Of a DNA stretch of 32,000 bases, positions 9,020 through 18,803 are shown one piece after another; positions within the stretch are counted from its first letter, which is position 1; every line of letters starts with the position of its first letter. The stretch is from assembly GCF_003966335.1 (NCBI RefSeq), contig NZ_CP034549.1:1200001-1232000 (forward strand), in the 5' to 3' direction. Origin of the DNA: Nonlabens ponticola. Its GTDB lineage: Bacteria > Bacteroidota > Bacteroidia > Flavobacteriales > Flavobacteriaceae. The notes beneath the pieces were generated by a model. The model searched no databases, was not told the origin of the DNA, and was given only the letters and a program-made list of their open reading frames with translations. The translations under genes were made by a program, and so were the position numbers.

Positions 9020-9931
9020 ATTTCCTAAAATACGCTGTGTTTTTCGCAAAGATTTGAGCTGAATACGATTCATCTTGAGTAGTGATTGCTGCTTTTTAGT
9101 CAAATGATTGACATCTACTATATTTTGATACTTATGCGCGCCTGAGATATCATTTACCAATCGATAAGCTATTGCAATACCATACCTATTCAGGCTCAAA
9201 TATTTTGATAAAGCATTATTCGTACTCGCATAATCATCATAATCGCTAAAATCAGGATAGCGTCTTTGGGACATGGCTACCTTGTTGGATCGATTTTCAG
9301 CGCTTTCATCCACATAAAGAGTTATCTTTTTTGAGAACGCTATTTTCAAATGAATTCCTATCCGGATAAACCAATCGATATCTTCAAAGTGGGTATAATC
9401 GGTATTGAATAGCCCAACTTTTTCCAAGGCACTAGTCTCTATAACGATGGATGAACACCGCAAAGTAGGATTTAGGTAATTGTATTTAAAAAAAGGCTCT
9501 AGTAAAACCTGAGGTTCAGAGTTTTTAAGATTAGAAAACTTAGTCTCAAGTGTTTTTCTTTTTCGTTTCAATAGATAGTTGGTCGCAAAAACCTGAGCAG
9601 TAGGGAACTTTTCAAATAATTCTTTAATCGTTGCTAGATGTTCATTTGTCCAATAATCATCCGCATCTAATAATGCAATTTGAGTAAAATCATTCTCTTG
9701 TGCATAGGCAATTCCTGCGTTGCGCGCAGCGCTCACACCTTGATTATTTTGATGAATTACTCTAATTTTTTCATTCACTAATTGATCGGCGATACGCTCG
9801 CTACCATCATTACTGCCATCATCAATGATTAAAACTTCTCTCGCGGCATAAGTTTGGTTAACGGCAGACTCTACCGCTCGCTGCAACGTGCTTGCTTTAT
9901 TATATACAGGAATAACAACAAGAATATCCAT
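8990..9931 (-). CDS. Glycosyltransferase family 2
   Basis: ILVVIPVYNKASTLQRAVESAVNQTY...IIDDGSNDGS and LDADDYW motifs. Its 3' end overlaps the convergent FdtA-like gene by 30 nt. Confidence 0.85.
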   Translation of the reverse strand: MDILVVIPVYNKASTLQRAVESAVNQTYAAREVLIIDDGSNDGSERIADQLVNEKIRVIHQNNQGVSAARNAGIAYAQENDFTQIALLDADDYWTNEHLATIKELFEKFPTAQVFATNYLLKRKRKTLETKFSNLKNSEPQVLLEPFFKYNYLNPTLRCSSIVIETSALEKVGLFNTDYTHFEDIDWFIRIGIHLKIAFSKKITLYVDESAENRSNKVAMSQRRYPDFSDYDDYASTNNALSKYLSLNRYGIAIAYRLVNDISGAHKYQNIVDVNHLTKKQQSLLKMNRIQLKSLRKTQRILGNLGFHVRSGK

Positions 9932-11053
9932 TTAAAGAGAGTTGAGATGGTGTAGCAATAAATTTACCGAATTCTCATCACTGTACTTTGTAAGAATAGA
10001 CTTCCGGGAATTAAAATCTTGATCAGTGAAATCGGTTGTCATAAGTTGATCAACCGCTTTCTGTATTTCTAATTTATTATTTGCGACATGAACCAAAGGA
10101 CGCAAAGAATTCTCTGTTAGCATCTCGTTATTAGCAATGACGTGTTTTCCATTGAACAGCACATTCAATAATTTTAATTTCAAACCAGTCGCTTGGGTAG
10201 CCAGCATCATGTGAATTTGGGCCGCGCTTATCAATTCAGAAAGTTTGGTTTCACTTGGATTTGCTATCAGTTCAACGTTAGGTGCCTTTTCTATTTTTGA
10301 TACCAATCTATTGGATGGTAATCTACCTGTGATCTTTAATTTGTGATCCAGATCATGCCATAGTTCTAGCAACTCAAACACGGCTCGCTCATTTTCAATA
10401 ACATTCAAACTACCGTGAAACAGCGCAAAAAGCTCATCGCTCGCTTCATGTTTTGAGATTTGTTGACCATGAAATGCAGGAATAAGAGCAACCTGCGTTT
10501 TAGGATATTGTTTTTCAAAATGTGATTGATCATTAGAACTTATCGTCAGCAACAGCTGCGCATGCTCAAGAACGGTCTCATATTTTTTAAGTAATTGAGA
10601 ATCAAGGTTGTAATACAATGATCTAGGAAAGCTTGCTTGTTGTGCAAGATGTTTATAGTACTCGTGTTCCACATTAGCGCATCTTACCACTTTTATTTTA
10701 GAGCTTAAGGATGGATGATCCAGGTAGTTACAAGTATGCAATCCTTCAAATAAGATAGCGCCTGGAGCTTCTTGTAATCGTTTTAAAAGCGACTCACTTT
10801 TTCTAGAATTTACTATGTACGGTTTACTAGGTGAGATACCAGTGATGCCTGTTTTTCTTGGGTAATAAAATACCTGCTCGCAATATCTCTCAAGCAGTTG
10901 GGCAGGCAAACGATTGCCATATTGAAAGCAATGTAAAGTGATACTTACATTACGCTCATGCAGTGCTTTGATCTTATAAAAAACGTCAATAACACCACCG
11001 TAATTAGCTGGATAAGGAACGTCAAAACTTACAATATCCAGGTGCGTGATCAT
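9932..11053 (-). CDS. Glycosyltransferase family 1-like (GT-B)
   Basis: 373 aa. The N-terminus VSFDVPYPANYGGVIDVFYKIKALH is typical of Bacteroidota GT-B enzymes. The stop abuts the next GT2 start (9931/9932) and the start overlaps the ftsE stop (ATGA). Confidence 0.7.
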   Translation of the reverse strand: MITHLDIVSFDVPYPANYGGVIDVFYKIKALHERNVSITLHCFQYGNRLPAQLLERYCEQVFYYPRKTGITGISPSKPYIVNSRKSESLLKRLQEAPGAILFEGLHTCNYLDHPSLSSKIKVVRCANVEHEYYKHLAQQASFPRSLYYNLDSQLLKKYETVLEHAQLLLTISSNDQSHFEKQYPKTQVALIPAFHGQQISKHEASDELFALFHGSLNVIENERAVFELLELWHDLDHKLKITGRLPSNRLVSKIEKAPNVELIANPSETKLSELISAAQIHMMLATQATGLKLKLLNVLFNGKHVIANNEMLTENSLRPLVHVANNKLEIQKAVDQLMTTDFTDQDFNSRKSILTKYSDENSVNLLLHHLNSL

Positions 11054-11733
11054 ACGGTTTTTTGAACCACCTCAAATACTTCACCATCATCACACTTGAT
11101 CGTTTTTGATGGGTATTTAAGAATCAAGGCATAGTCATGGGTTGCCATGAGAATCGTGTTGCCGTTCTTGTTAATAGTTTGCAGTACCTCCATGATCTCA
11201 ACGCTGGTTTGTGGATCTAGGTTACCGGTAGGCTCGTCTGCAATGATAAGCTCTGGATCGTTGAGTAGGGCACGAGCAATGGCAACGCGCTGCTGCTCGC
11301 CACCAGATAATTCATGCGGGTATTTAAAACCTTTGGTTTTCATGCCTACCTTGTCCAGCACCTCATCAATTTTTGAAGTCATTTCTTTTTTGTCCTTCCA
11401 GCCGGTTGCTTTAAGTACAAACTTTAGGTTATCGTGAATTGTCCTATCGGTAAGTAATTTGAAATCCTGAAAGACTACGCCTAGTTTGCGGCGCAGGTAA
11501 GGAATCTCTTTTTCGCGCAAGCGTGATAAATCAAAATCCACGATGCTGCCCTTTCCTTTTTTAAGAGGTATATCGCCATAGAGCGTCTTCATCAAGGAAC
11601 TTTTACCGCTACCCGTTTTACCTATCAAATAAACAAATTCACCCTTATCAATTGTAAGGTTGATGTTCTTTAAAATCAGGTTGTCACGTTGATAAATATC
11701 TACGTCACTAAGGGTTAAAACGTGCGATGCCAT
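11050..11733 (-). CDS. ftsE: Cell-division ABC ATPase FtsE-like
   Basis: 227 aa with Walker [10 protein letters not shown], signature [15 protein letters not shown], Walker [13 protein letters not shown] and H-loop ATHD. Length and motifs fit FtsE. No permease gene is adjacent. Confidence 0.75.
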   Translation of the reverse strand: MASHVLTLSDVDIYQRDNLILKNINLTIDKGEFVYLIGKTGSGKSSLMKTLYGDIPLKKGKGSIVDFDLSRLREKEIPYLRRKLGVVFQDFKLLTDRTIHDNLKFVLKATGWKDKKEMTSKIDEVLDKVGMKTKGFKYPHELSGGEQQRVAIARALLNDPELIIADEPTGNLDPQTSVEIMEVLQTINKNGNTILMATHDYALILKYPSKTIKCDDGEVFEVVQKTV

Positions 11734-11854
11734 GCAGGATTATTTGAGGTAAAGTTACACAAAGCTGTGAATAACCTCGCTTATAATTAATGTGCAAATC
11801 CTGCGTTAGTCACATGTAGGATTTTAATTTTACCTACTTGCAAACGACGCACAC

Positions 11855-14800
11855 ATGAAAAAATTGATAGTTGCTTTAATGACGATGGGATGCCTGCATC
11901 TAGGTCACGCACAGCAGTCAAAAATCTATACCGATAATCTCGCCACCTATAATCAAGCGCTGGATTTATACCAGGAAGATCAATACATCACGGCCCAGCG
12001 ATTGTTCCAGCAGGTGCGTGAGCAGTCCAGCGATGAGACGATCAAGGGTAATGCAGCCTACTATGCGGCAAACTGTGCCGTGAGACTTAACCAGCGCAAT
12101 GCAAATGATCAGGTTGAGGAATTTGTAGAGGAATTTCCTACCAGTACAAAGCGCAACAGCGCCTACATCGACGTGGCAGACTACTACTTTGAAAACGGTA
12201 ACTATCGCCAGGCGGCGTTGTATTATGAGAAGGTTGATGAGAGCACGCTTTCGCGAAAGCAAAAAAACAAATATGCCTTTAACACTGGATACACGCTAGT
12301 ACAAAGCAAGAAGTTTGACGAGGCAAAGCCGTACTTGAACCGTGTAAGTGACGACCCGGAATATGGCTGGCAGGCCAAATATTACCTAGGCTACATCGCT
12401 TATGAAGGCGACGATCTAGAGCAAGCAGAAGAGTTGTTCAATGAGGTCGAGGAAGCACCTGAAACAGATGCAAAGCTGTCTTATTATCAAGCAGATCTCA
12501 ATTACAAACTAGGACGTTTTGACGAGGCGATACGGTTGGCGCAAGAGCAGTTGCCTAAATCTAATCGTCAAGAGCAATCGCAGCTCAACCGCATCATCGG
12601 GCAATCTCTTTTTAATAAAGGCGATTATGCTGCAGCCTTACCTTATTTGCAGGAATATCGCGGCACGCGAGGCAAGTGGAACAACAATGATTACTACCAG
12701 TTAGGTTACACTTATTACAAGCTAGACGATTTTGAAAATGCGGTGGCTACCTTCAATAAGATCATCGACGGCGAGAATGCAACGGCACAAAATGCCTACT
12801 ACCATCTAGGGCAAAGCTATATCAAATTGGATCGCAGCGAGGACGCGCTCAATGCTTTCAAACGAGCAAGCGAGCTGGACTACGATGATCAAATTACTGA
12901 AGATGCGCTGTACAATTATGCAAAACTGAGCTATGAGAACGGCAATCCATACGACAGCGTTCCTGCCGTAATCCTTGATTATGTTGAGAATTATCCTGAT
13001 GCCGGCAACATGGCTGAAATGAATGAACTGCTAATTGATTCTTATTTCACCTCAAAGAATTATGCAGAAGCGCTGGAACTTATGGAAGATGGCCGTATCA
13101 AGGGCAATGAGAATGTCTATGGTAAGGTAGCTTTATACAATGGGCTTAATTTATTTACCGCTGGTAACTATCAAGAAGCTATCGATAATCTTGACAAGTC
13201 TATTAAATACCTGAAACAAAAAGACTTGCTCAAAAAAGCAAGATTTTGGAAAGCCGAAAGTTTTTATCAGCTCAATAATTACCGCGACGCGCTGGATGCC
13301 TTTAATGCAGCTCAAAAGATCAATGCATCTATTGGCGAGGACGACTTGCTCAACTATGATCTAGGCTACACGCACTTCAAACTCAAGAACTACTCGCAGA
13401 GCATCAGCTCTTTTGAACGTTTTGCAACGGGCAATGGCGATGACGCGGTGCGTGTCAATGATGCCTACATGAGGATAGGCGATGCAAACTTTGTGTCAAA
13501 ACAATACTGGCCAGCCATGGAGGCCTATAATAAAGCCATTCAAGGCGGCGCGACCAGATCTGATTACGCAAGTTTTCAAAAGGCATTATCCTATGGTTTT
13601 GTTAATCGAGCAGACAGCAAGATTGAGACGCTCAACGATTTCTTAAACAATTATCCATCATCACCTTATCGAGATGATGTGTTATATGAATTAGGGAACA
13701 CCTACATCAATAATGATCGTGTAGCAAACGGTTTGAGTACATATGATCGATTGATTCAGGAATTCCCTAACAGTAGTTACACTTCACAAGCCATGATGCG
13801 CAAGGGATTGCAGTTGTACAATGATGGTAACTTGAATGAAGCGCTCACGGTTTTTAAAAGTGTTGCCAGTAGATATCCAGGCACACCACAAGCTGTTGAG
13901 GCAGTGAGCAGCGCACGATTGGTGTATATCGATCAAGGTAGAACAGACGAGTATGCTTCATGGGTGCGATCACTAGACTTCATCGATGTCACAGATTCTG
14001 AGCTGGACGATACAGCCTATGAAAGTGCAGAACAGGCTTTTTTACAAGGCAAAAACAGCGCAGCGATAAGAGGTTTCAACAGCTATCTTAAGCAATTTCC
14101 TAACGGTAAATATGCTTTGCAGGCGCATTTCAATCTAGCACAGGCATACTTCACGGCTGGCGATAAGCAGACCAGCATTCCTCACTACCAGTATGTGGCA
14201 CAACGTGATCAAAGTGAGTATCTGGAGCCATCGCTGGCACGATTGGGCGAGATATTGCTCAATGATGCAGTAAGCAGTGGTGCTGATCGTGGTTCCGCTT
14301 ACGCGAAAGCGATACCTATCCTAATCAAACTGGAAAGCATCGCAGATTTTCCACAAAACGTGGATTATGCAAGATCAAACTTGATGAAAGCCTACTACGA
14401 GACTGGACAGTTCAACAAGGCCATCAATTATGCAAATAAAGTATTGTCAAATGCAGGAACTGATGATGCTGTCAAGGCAGATGCCTATGTGATTATCGCA
14501 AGATCTGCTTTCAAGGAAAACGATATGGATCGAGCTCGATCTGCTTATCAAGATGTATTGAGAACCGCCAGCGGCGCACTCGCTGCCGAGGCTACTTTTT
14601 ACAAAGGCTTCTTTGAGAATAGAGCAGGTGATCATGAAAAGGCAATCAATACCATTCAAGGGCTTTCTAAAAACTACGGTAGCTATAAATTATGGAGTGC
14701 GCGAGGTTTAGTGGTCATGGCACAAAGTTATGATGCAACAGGTCAAACACTTAATGCTGTGACCTTGTTGCAAGGTGTGATCGACAACTTCCCACAGTAT

Positions 14801-14893
14801 CCAGATGTGGTAAGCAACGCACGCCAAGAGTTGAACCGTATCAAGGCGGTACAATCAAAAACTAATTCTTCCATTGCACCATCAAATAACTAG
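11855..14893 (+). CDS. Large tetratricopeptide-repeat (TPR) envelope protein
   Basis: 1012 aa with an N-terminal signal peptide (MKKLIVALMTMGCLHLGHAQQ). TPR-like A/Y/L periodicity recurs along the whole length (e.g. AAYYAANCAVRLN, AKYYLGYIAYEGDDLEQAEELF, AYYHLGQSYIKL). Confidence 0.8.
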   Translation: MKKLIVALMTMGCLHLGHAQQSKIYTDNLATYNQALDLYQEDQYITAQRLFQQVREQSSDETIKGNAAYYAANCAVRLNQRNANDQVEEFVEEFPTSTKRNSAYIDVADYYFENGNYRQAALYYEKVDESTLSRKQKNKYAFNTGYTLVQSKKFDEAKPYLNRVSDDPEYGWQAKYYLGYIAYEGDDLEQAEELFNEVEEAPETDAKLSYYQADLNYKLGRFDEAIRLAQEQLPKSNRQEQSQLNRIIGQSLFNKGDYAAALPYLQEYRGTRGKWNNNDYYQLGYTYYKLDDFENAVATFNKIIDGENATAQNAYYHLGQSYIKLDRSEDALNAFKRASELDYDDQITEDALYNYAKLSYENGNPYDSVPAVILDYVENYPDAGNMAEMNELLIDSYFTSKNYAEALELMEDGRIKGNENVYGKVALYNGLNLFTAGNYQEAIDNLDKSIKYLKQKDLLKKARFWKAESFYQLNNYRDALDAFNAAQKINASIGEDDLLNYDLGYTHFKLKNYSQSISSFERFATGNGDDAVRVNDAYMRIGDANFVSKQYWPAMEAYNKAIQGGATRSDYASFQKALSYGFVNRADSKIETLNDFLNNYPSSPYRDDVLYELGNTYINNDRVANGLSTYDRLIQEFPNSSYTSQAMMRKGLQLYNDGNLNEALTVFKSVASRYPGTPQAVEAVSSARLVYIDQGRTDEYASWVRSLDFIDVTDSELDDTAYESAEQAFLQGKNSAAIRGFNSYLKQFPNGKYALQAHFNLAQAYFTAGDKQTSIPHYQYVAQRDQSEYLEPSLARLGEILLNDAVSSGADRGSAYAKAIPILIKLESIADFPQNVDYARSNLMKAYYETGQFNKAINYANKVLSNAGTDDAVKADAYVIIARSAFKENDMDRARSAYQDVLRTASGALAAEATFYKGFFENRAGDHEKAINTIQGLSKNYGSYKLWSARGLVVMAQSYDATGQTLNAVTLLQGVIDNFPQYPDVVSNARQELNRIKAVQSKTNSSIAPSNN
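12247..12260. repeat. Iterated palindrome copy 4 (GCTTTCGCGAAAGC)
   Basis: Inside the TPR CDS, read as LSRK. Confidence 0.95.
14296..14311. repeat. Iterated palindrome copy 5 (CGCTTaCGCGAAAGCG, core 13/14)
   Basis: Inside the TPR CDS, read as AYAKA. Confidence 0.8.
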
Positions 14894-14899
14894 AACTAG

Positions 14900-16627
14900 A
14901 TGAATATCAAATATATAATTGCAAGTGCCATTTTTGTAGCTGCCTTAACGGTTACCGCACAGGATAAGGAAGAAGATCGATTGAATGGTGGTAGCATCAC
15001 AGTAGTCAAGGCTTATGATCCATCAGTGAGCGATGCGTTTAAGGTAAAGAGCGTACCGCAACTTAATGATACGACTCGCATTGAGAAAAAAGCAGTTACC
15101 TATAGTATTTTTTCGGTTCCTGTGGCTTCTACCTTTACACCTGCCAAAGGAAAACTGTCAAGACTTAAACCTACCAAAAGGCCGCAATATTTTGATAACT
15201 ATGCTCGACTAGGTCTTGGTAACTACGGCAATATCTTGGCAGAGTTTTCTGGTAATGTGGAGATTGATCGAGACAGCGATTTTGGGATTTACCTCAATCA
15301 CAACTCATCTCTTGGCGGTATTGATGAGGTAGTCCTAGATGACGGCTTTTTAGACACGGCACTTGACTTATCCTATGGTGTTAGATCACGCGATATAAGT
15401 TGGAGTATTACGGGTGGTGCCAGATATCAATCGGCAAATTTGTACGGTGTTTTTGATCCTTTTAATGCTGCGCTGGCTGTCAATGATCCTGATGACATTG
15501 ATGTCAATACTAACTATTTATCTTATGGTATAGGCGGTAACATAGATTTTAAGGAAAGCATTTTTAGCGAACTCAATTTAAAAATAACAGGACTTACCAG
15601 CGGTCAAGAAGCTGCCGAGGCGCGAGCGACTATAGGTTCAAAATTTACAGTTGACGTACAAGAAACTGAAGTCGATCTAGGCGTAGAATTGGATTATTTA
15701 ACGGGTTCATTTGATCAGCAAGGTTTGATCGCTGCACAGAGTGATTATGCGTATTTCAGCACGACGGCAAATCCGAGAATAAATATCTATGATGATTTAT
15801 ATAAAATTGAACTTGGTGCCAAAGTCAACTATCTATCAGACATAGAAAACAGCGATGGGCAATTACATATCTATCCAGATATCAACGCGAGCTACAAATT
15901 ATTAGATGAGAACGTGATCGCCTTTGCGCAGATTTTAGGTGGACTTGATATCAACAGCCTGCAACAATTTGCAGATCAAAATGTATTCCTGGCACCAGCC
16001 ATAGACATCATTCCTACAGATAGACAACTGGATTCAAAAATTGGTTTGAAAGGTAGAATTACCAACAACCTGGGCTACAAAATATATGCAGGATATAGAA
16101 AGGAAAACGACCGCGCTTTCTACACAAAAGATATAGGTCAATACGTACCCTTGAATGCAGAAGCCTATGAATATGGTAATGTATTCTACACGCAATATGG
16201 TGATTTGAGTACCACGCTGTTGGGCGGTTCCTTGAGTGTCGATGTGAACTCACAGTTCAACCTCACCTTCAGCGCGCAGAGTATGAATTATGATGTTTCA
16301 AACGGTGAATCCTTTGAGAACGTAGCCTCACAACTACCAGACTTCACTGCAGATGTTGTAGGAACTTTCCAGGTTAATGATAAGCTAGATCTAGGAACGA
16401 CAGTTTACTTTGTAGGTGATCGCGAGGTGTATCGATTTGGTACAGGCGTGGAGACGCTGGACTCATTTGTCGACCTTAATCTAGATGCCAACTACAAGCT
16501 CAATCCGCGATTGTCGCTGTTCTTGCGAGCCAATAATTTGACAGGCGGCAACTATGAATACTACCTCGATTACCCAGTGCAGGATCTACAGATTATGGGT
16601 GGTGCCGTTTATAAGTTTGATTTTTAA
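14900..16627 (+). CDS. Putative outer-membrane beta-barrel protein
   Basis: 575 aa with a signal peptide (AALTVTAQD). Alternating beta-strand pattern, frequent G/Y/N/D turns, and a C-terminal ...GGAVYKFDF ending in an aromatic residue as in OMPs. Starts 6 nt after the TPR gene stop. Confidence 0.65.
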   Translation: MNIKYIIASAIFVAALTVTAQDKEEDRLNGGSITVVKAYDPSVSDAFKVKSVPQLNDTTRIEKKAVTYSIFSVPVASTFTPAKGKLSRLKPTKRPQYFDNYARLGLGNYGNILAEFSGNVEIDRDSDFGIYLNHNSSLGGIDEVVLDDGFLDTALDLSYGVRSRDISWSITGGARYQSANLYGVFDPFNAALAVNDPDDIDVNTNYLSYGIGGNIDFKESIFSELNLKITGLTSGQEAAEARATIGSKFTVDVQETEVDLGVELDYLTGSFDQQGLIAAQSDYAYFSTTANPRINIYDDLYKIELGAKVNYLSDIENSDGQLHIYPDINASYKLLDENVIAFAQILGGLDINSLQQFADQNVFLAPAIDIIPTDRQLDSKIGLKGRITNNLGYKIYAGYRKENDRAFYTKDIGQYVPLNAEAYEYGNVFYTQYGDLSTTLLGGSLSVDVNSQFNLTFSAQSMNYDVSNGESFENVASQLPDFTADVVGTFQVNDKLDLGTTVYFVGDREVYRFGTGVETLDSFVDLNLDANYKLNPRLSLFLRANNLTGGNYEYYLDYPVQDLQIMGGAVYKFDF

Positions 16628-16631
16628 GTTA

Positions 16632-16655
16632 GTTACGCTTTCGCGAAAGCGTAAC
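16632..16655. repeat. Iterated palindrome copy 6 (GTTACGCTTTCGCGAAAGCGTAAC, 24-nt perfect)
   Basis: Intergenic, starting 5 nt after the OMP gene stop. This is the longest symmetric copy. Confidence 0.95.
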
Positions 16656-16740
16656 AACCCAAAGACTTCTCTATTTTACGAATAGTAAAATCAAATTCTA
16701 TAAGCAGTGAGACAAGAGGCATTTTAGTTATTTTTAAGCC

Positions 16741-18387
16741 ATGAAAAAACTAACCCTTATCGCGCTGGCTGCAATCTTAGCTGGCTGCAACAACGATCCA
16801 GAGCAAACTAACGATGTTGATACCATTTATACCAACGCCACTATCTACACGGTAGATAATGAATTTTCTACCGCAACGGCCATGGCTGTTAAAGACGGAA
16901 AAATCTATGCCATAGGTAATGAAGAGTTGGATTCTCTCTCAGCAAATGAGAAAGTAGATTTAAAGGGACAATTTGTTTATCCAGGTTTGATTGATGCACA
17001 CTGTCATTTTTATAGATTGGGACAACAAACGCGCCGCGTAGATCTCACAGGTACAAAGAGCTACCAAGAAGTCCTCAACCGCATTGCAGAGTTTCATGAC
17101 CGCACCGGCGTGGACTTTATCATAGGTCGCGGTTGGGATCAAAACGATTGGGAAAACAAAGAGTTTCCTAACAATTATGAGATATCGTTGATCTATCCTG
17201 ACATTCCTGTAGCGCTAACACGCATCGATGGTCACGCGATGATTGTTAATGATGCAGCTCTTAAGCTGGCTGGTATCGATGAGAATACCGTGGTAGAAGG
17301 TGGCGATATAGAAAAGAAGGACGGCAAACTCACAGGTATCCTAGTGGACAATCCTATGGATATGGTCACTGCTGTGTACCCAGAAGAAACTCGTGAGGAT
17401 CAAATCAATGCCTTACTTGCTGCACAAAAAGAAAACTTCAAATACGGTATCACCACAGTTGATGATGCTGGACTTGATCGCAATGTCATTGAGCTCATCG
17501 ACAGCCTGCAACAGGCAGGTGACCTCAAGATGAAGGTTTATGCAATGATTAGCAATACACCTGAGAATCTAGATCACTACTTAGATGAAAAAGGTATCGT
17601 TAAGACAGATCGATTGAATGTGCGCAGTGTCAAATTTTACGGTGATGGCGCTTTGGGTAGTCGTGGTGCGGCCATGAGAGAACCTTACAGCGATAGGGAT
17701 AATCATTACGGTGCTTTATTGAGCAGTCCAGAAACGTTCAAAGAAACGGCCGAAAGAATTGCACGATCTGATTACCAGATGAACACACACGCCATAGGTG
17801 ATAGTGCGAATACTGTGGTTTTAAAAACCTACCGAGAATTACTCAACGACATGCCTGATAGACGATGGAGAGTTGAACACGCACAAATCGTCACGCCAGA
17901 AGATTTTGAATACTTTGACAGTGATCGCATTTTGCCAAGTGTTCAGCCTACTCACGCAACCAGTGACATGTACTGGGCAGAAGATAGAATAGGAGAAGAG
18001 CGTATGCAAGGTGCCTATGCTTTCAAGAAGCTCATGGAACAATCTGGTATGGTTGCGTTGGGAACTGATTATCCCGTAGAACAGGTAAATCCATTCTTGA
18101 CGTTTTATGCGTCAACAGCGCGTAAGGATACTAGCGGTTTCCCGGAAGATGGTTTCATGGCAGATCAAGCACTTTCTAGAGAAGAAACGCTTAAAGGTAT
18201 GACCATTTGGGCAGCCTATTCAAACTTTGAAGAAGATGAAAAAGGAAGCCTAGAAAAAGGCAAGGCTGCAGACTTCATGATCCTAGACAAAGATCTAATT
18301 ACCATGCCTATTGATGAAGTACCTAATCTAAAAGTGAAGGCAACTTATATAAATGGCGAGCAGGTTTATCAGCCTACTTCTTCATAA
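16741..18387 (+). CDS. Amidohydrolase family metallo-hydrolase (YtcJ-like), lipoprotein
   Basis: 548 aa with a lipoprotein signal (LAAILAGCNN). PGLIDAHCHF metal-binding HxH motif, later HAIGD and EHAQ motifs, GTDYPVE. Confidence 0.85.
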   Translation: MKKLTLIALAAILAGCNNDPEQTNDVDTIYTNATIYTVDNEFSTATAMAVKDGKIYAIGNEELDSLSANEKVDLKGQFVYPGLIDAHCHFYRLGQQTRRVDLTGTKSYQEVLNRIAEFHDRTGVDFIIGRGWDQNDWENKEFPNNYEISLIYPDIPVALTRIDGHAMIVNDAALKLAGIDENTVVEGGDIEKKDGKLTGILVDNPMDMVTAVYPEETREDQINALLAAQKENFKYGITTVDDAGLDRNVIELIDSLQQAGDLKMKVYAMISNTPENLDHYLDEKGIVKTDRLNVRSVKFYGDGALGSRGAAMREPYSDRDNHYGALLSSPETFKETAERIARSDYQMNTHAIGDSANTVVLKTYRELLNDMPDRRWRVEHAQIVTPEDFEYFDSDRILPSVQPTHATSDMYWAEDRIGEERMQGAYAFKKLMEQSGMVALGTDYPVEQVNPFLTFYASTARKDTSGFPEDGFMADQALSREETLKGMTIWAAYSNFEEDEKGSLEKGKAADFMILDKDLITMPIDEVPNLKVKATYINGEQVYQPTSS

Positions 18388-18803
18388 TCTGCTTCCTCGA
18401 TTTCTGGATGCTCGTTATCAAGTTTCCAGTCCATGTACTTGTGTAGATCAGTATCGATCCAGCCAGTCACGATGGTCAAGAATGTCATGTCGTCTAGAAA
18501 ACCTAGACCTGGAATAAAGTCAGGTATGAGGTCAAAAGGGCTTACGATATAGAGAAAAGCCGCCGCAATTGCCGCAATGGTAAACCAAGGAACCTGAGTA
18601 TAAGCGCCCTTGCGGTAATCCTTTACCATGAGCAACATGATGTCATAGATTTTGGTATATCGCTTCAACATTTTTACACCTTTGAAAATGCGGGAAAGAG
18701 CGCTCTCCTTAGTCATCGCACGATCCACATCTGCAACTGATGTTTCTTCAGTAGCTTCCATGGCATACTCTTCATCTGGCATTAAAAATTCTTTCCAACT
18801 CAT
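18369..18803 (-). CDS. DUF1232 (YkvA-like) membrane protein
   Basis: 144 aa with the diagnostic motif YIVSPFDLIPDFIPGLGFLDD. The ATG overlaps the upstream VOC gene stop (ATGA). Confidence 0.8.
   Translation of the reverse strand: MSWKEFLMPDEEYAMEATEETSVADVDRAMTKESALSRIFKGVKMLKRYTKIYDIMLLMVKDYRKGAYTQVPWFTIAAIAAAFLYIVSPFDLIPDFIPGLGFLDDMTFLTIVTGWIDTDLHKYMDWKLDNEHPEIEEADYEEVG

Noticed and set aside
11147-11437. 96-aa plus-strand ORF inside ftsE
   Set aside because: It is antisense to the ABC ATPase motifs and its Ser/Leu/Cys-rich composition is typical of antisense frames.
11509-11523. Possible extra degenerate palindrome copy (TTTCGCGCAAGCG) in ftsE
   Set aside because: It has three mismatches to the 14-nt core and lacks the left arm, so I did not count it. 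Weak half-sites at about 9041 and about 22058 were likewise not counted.
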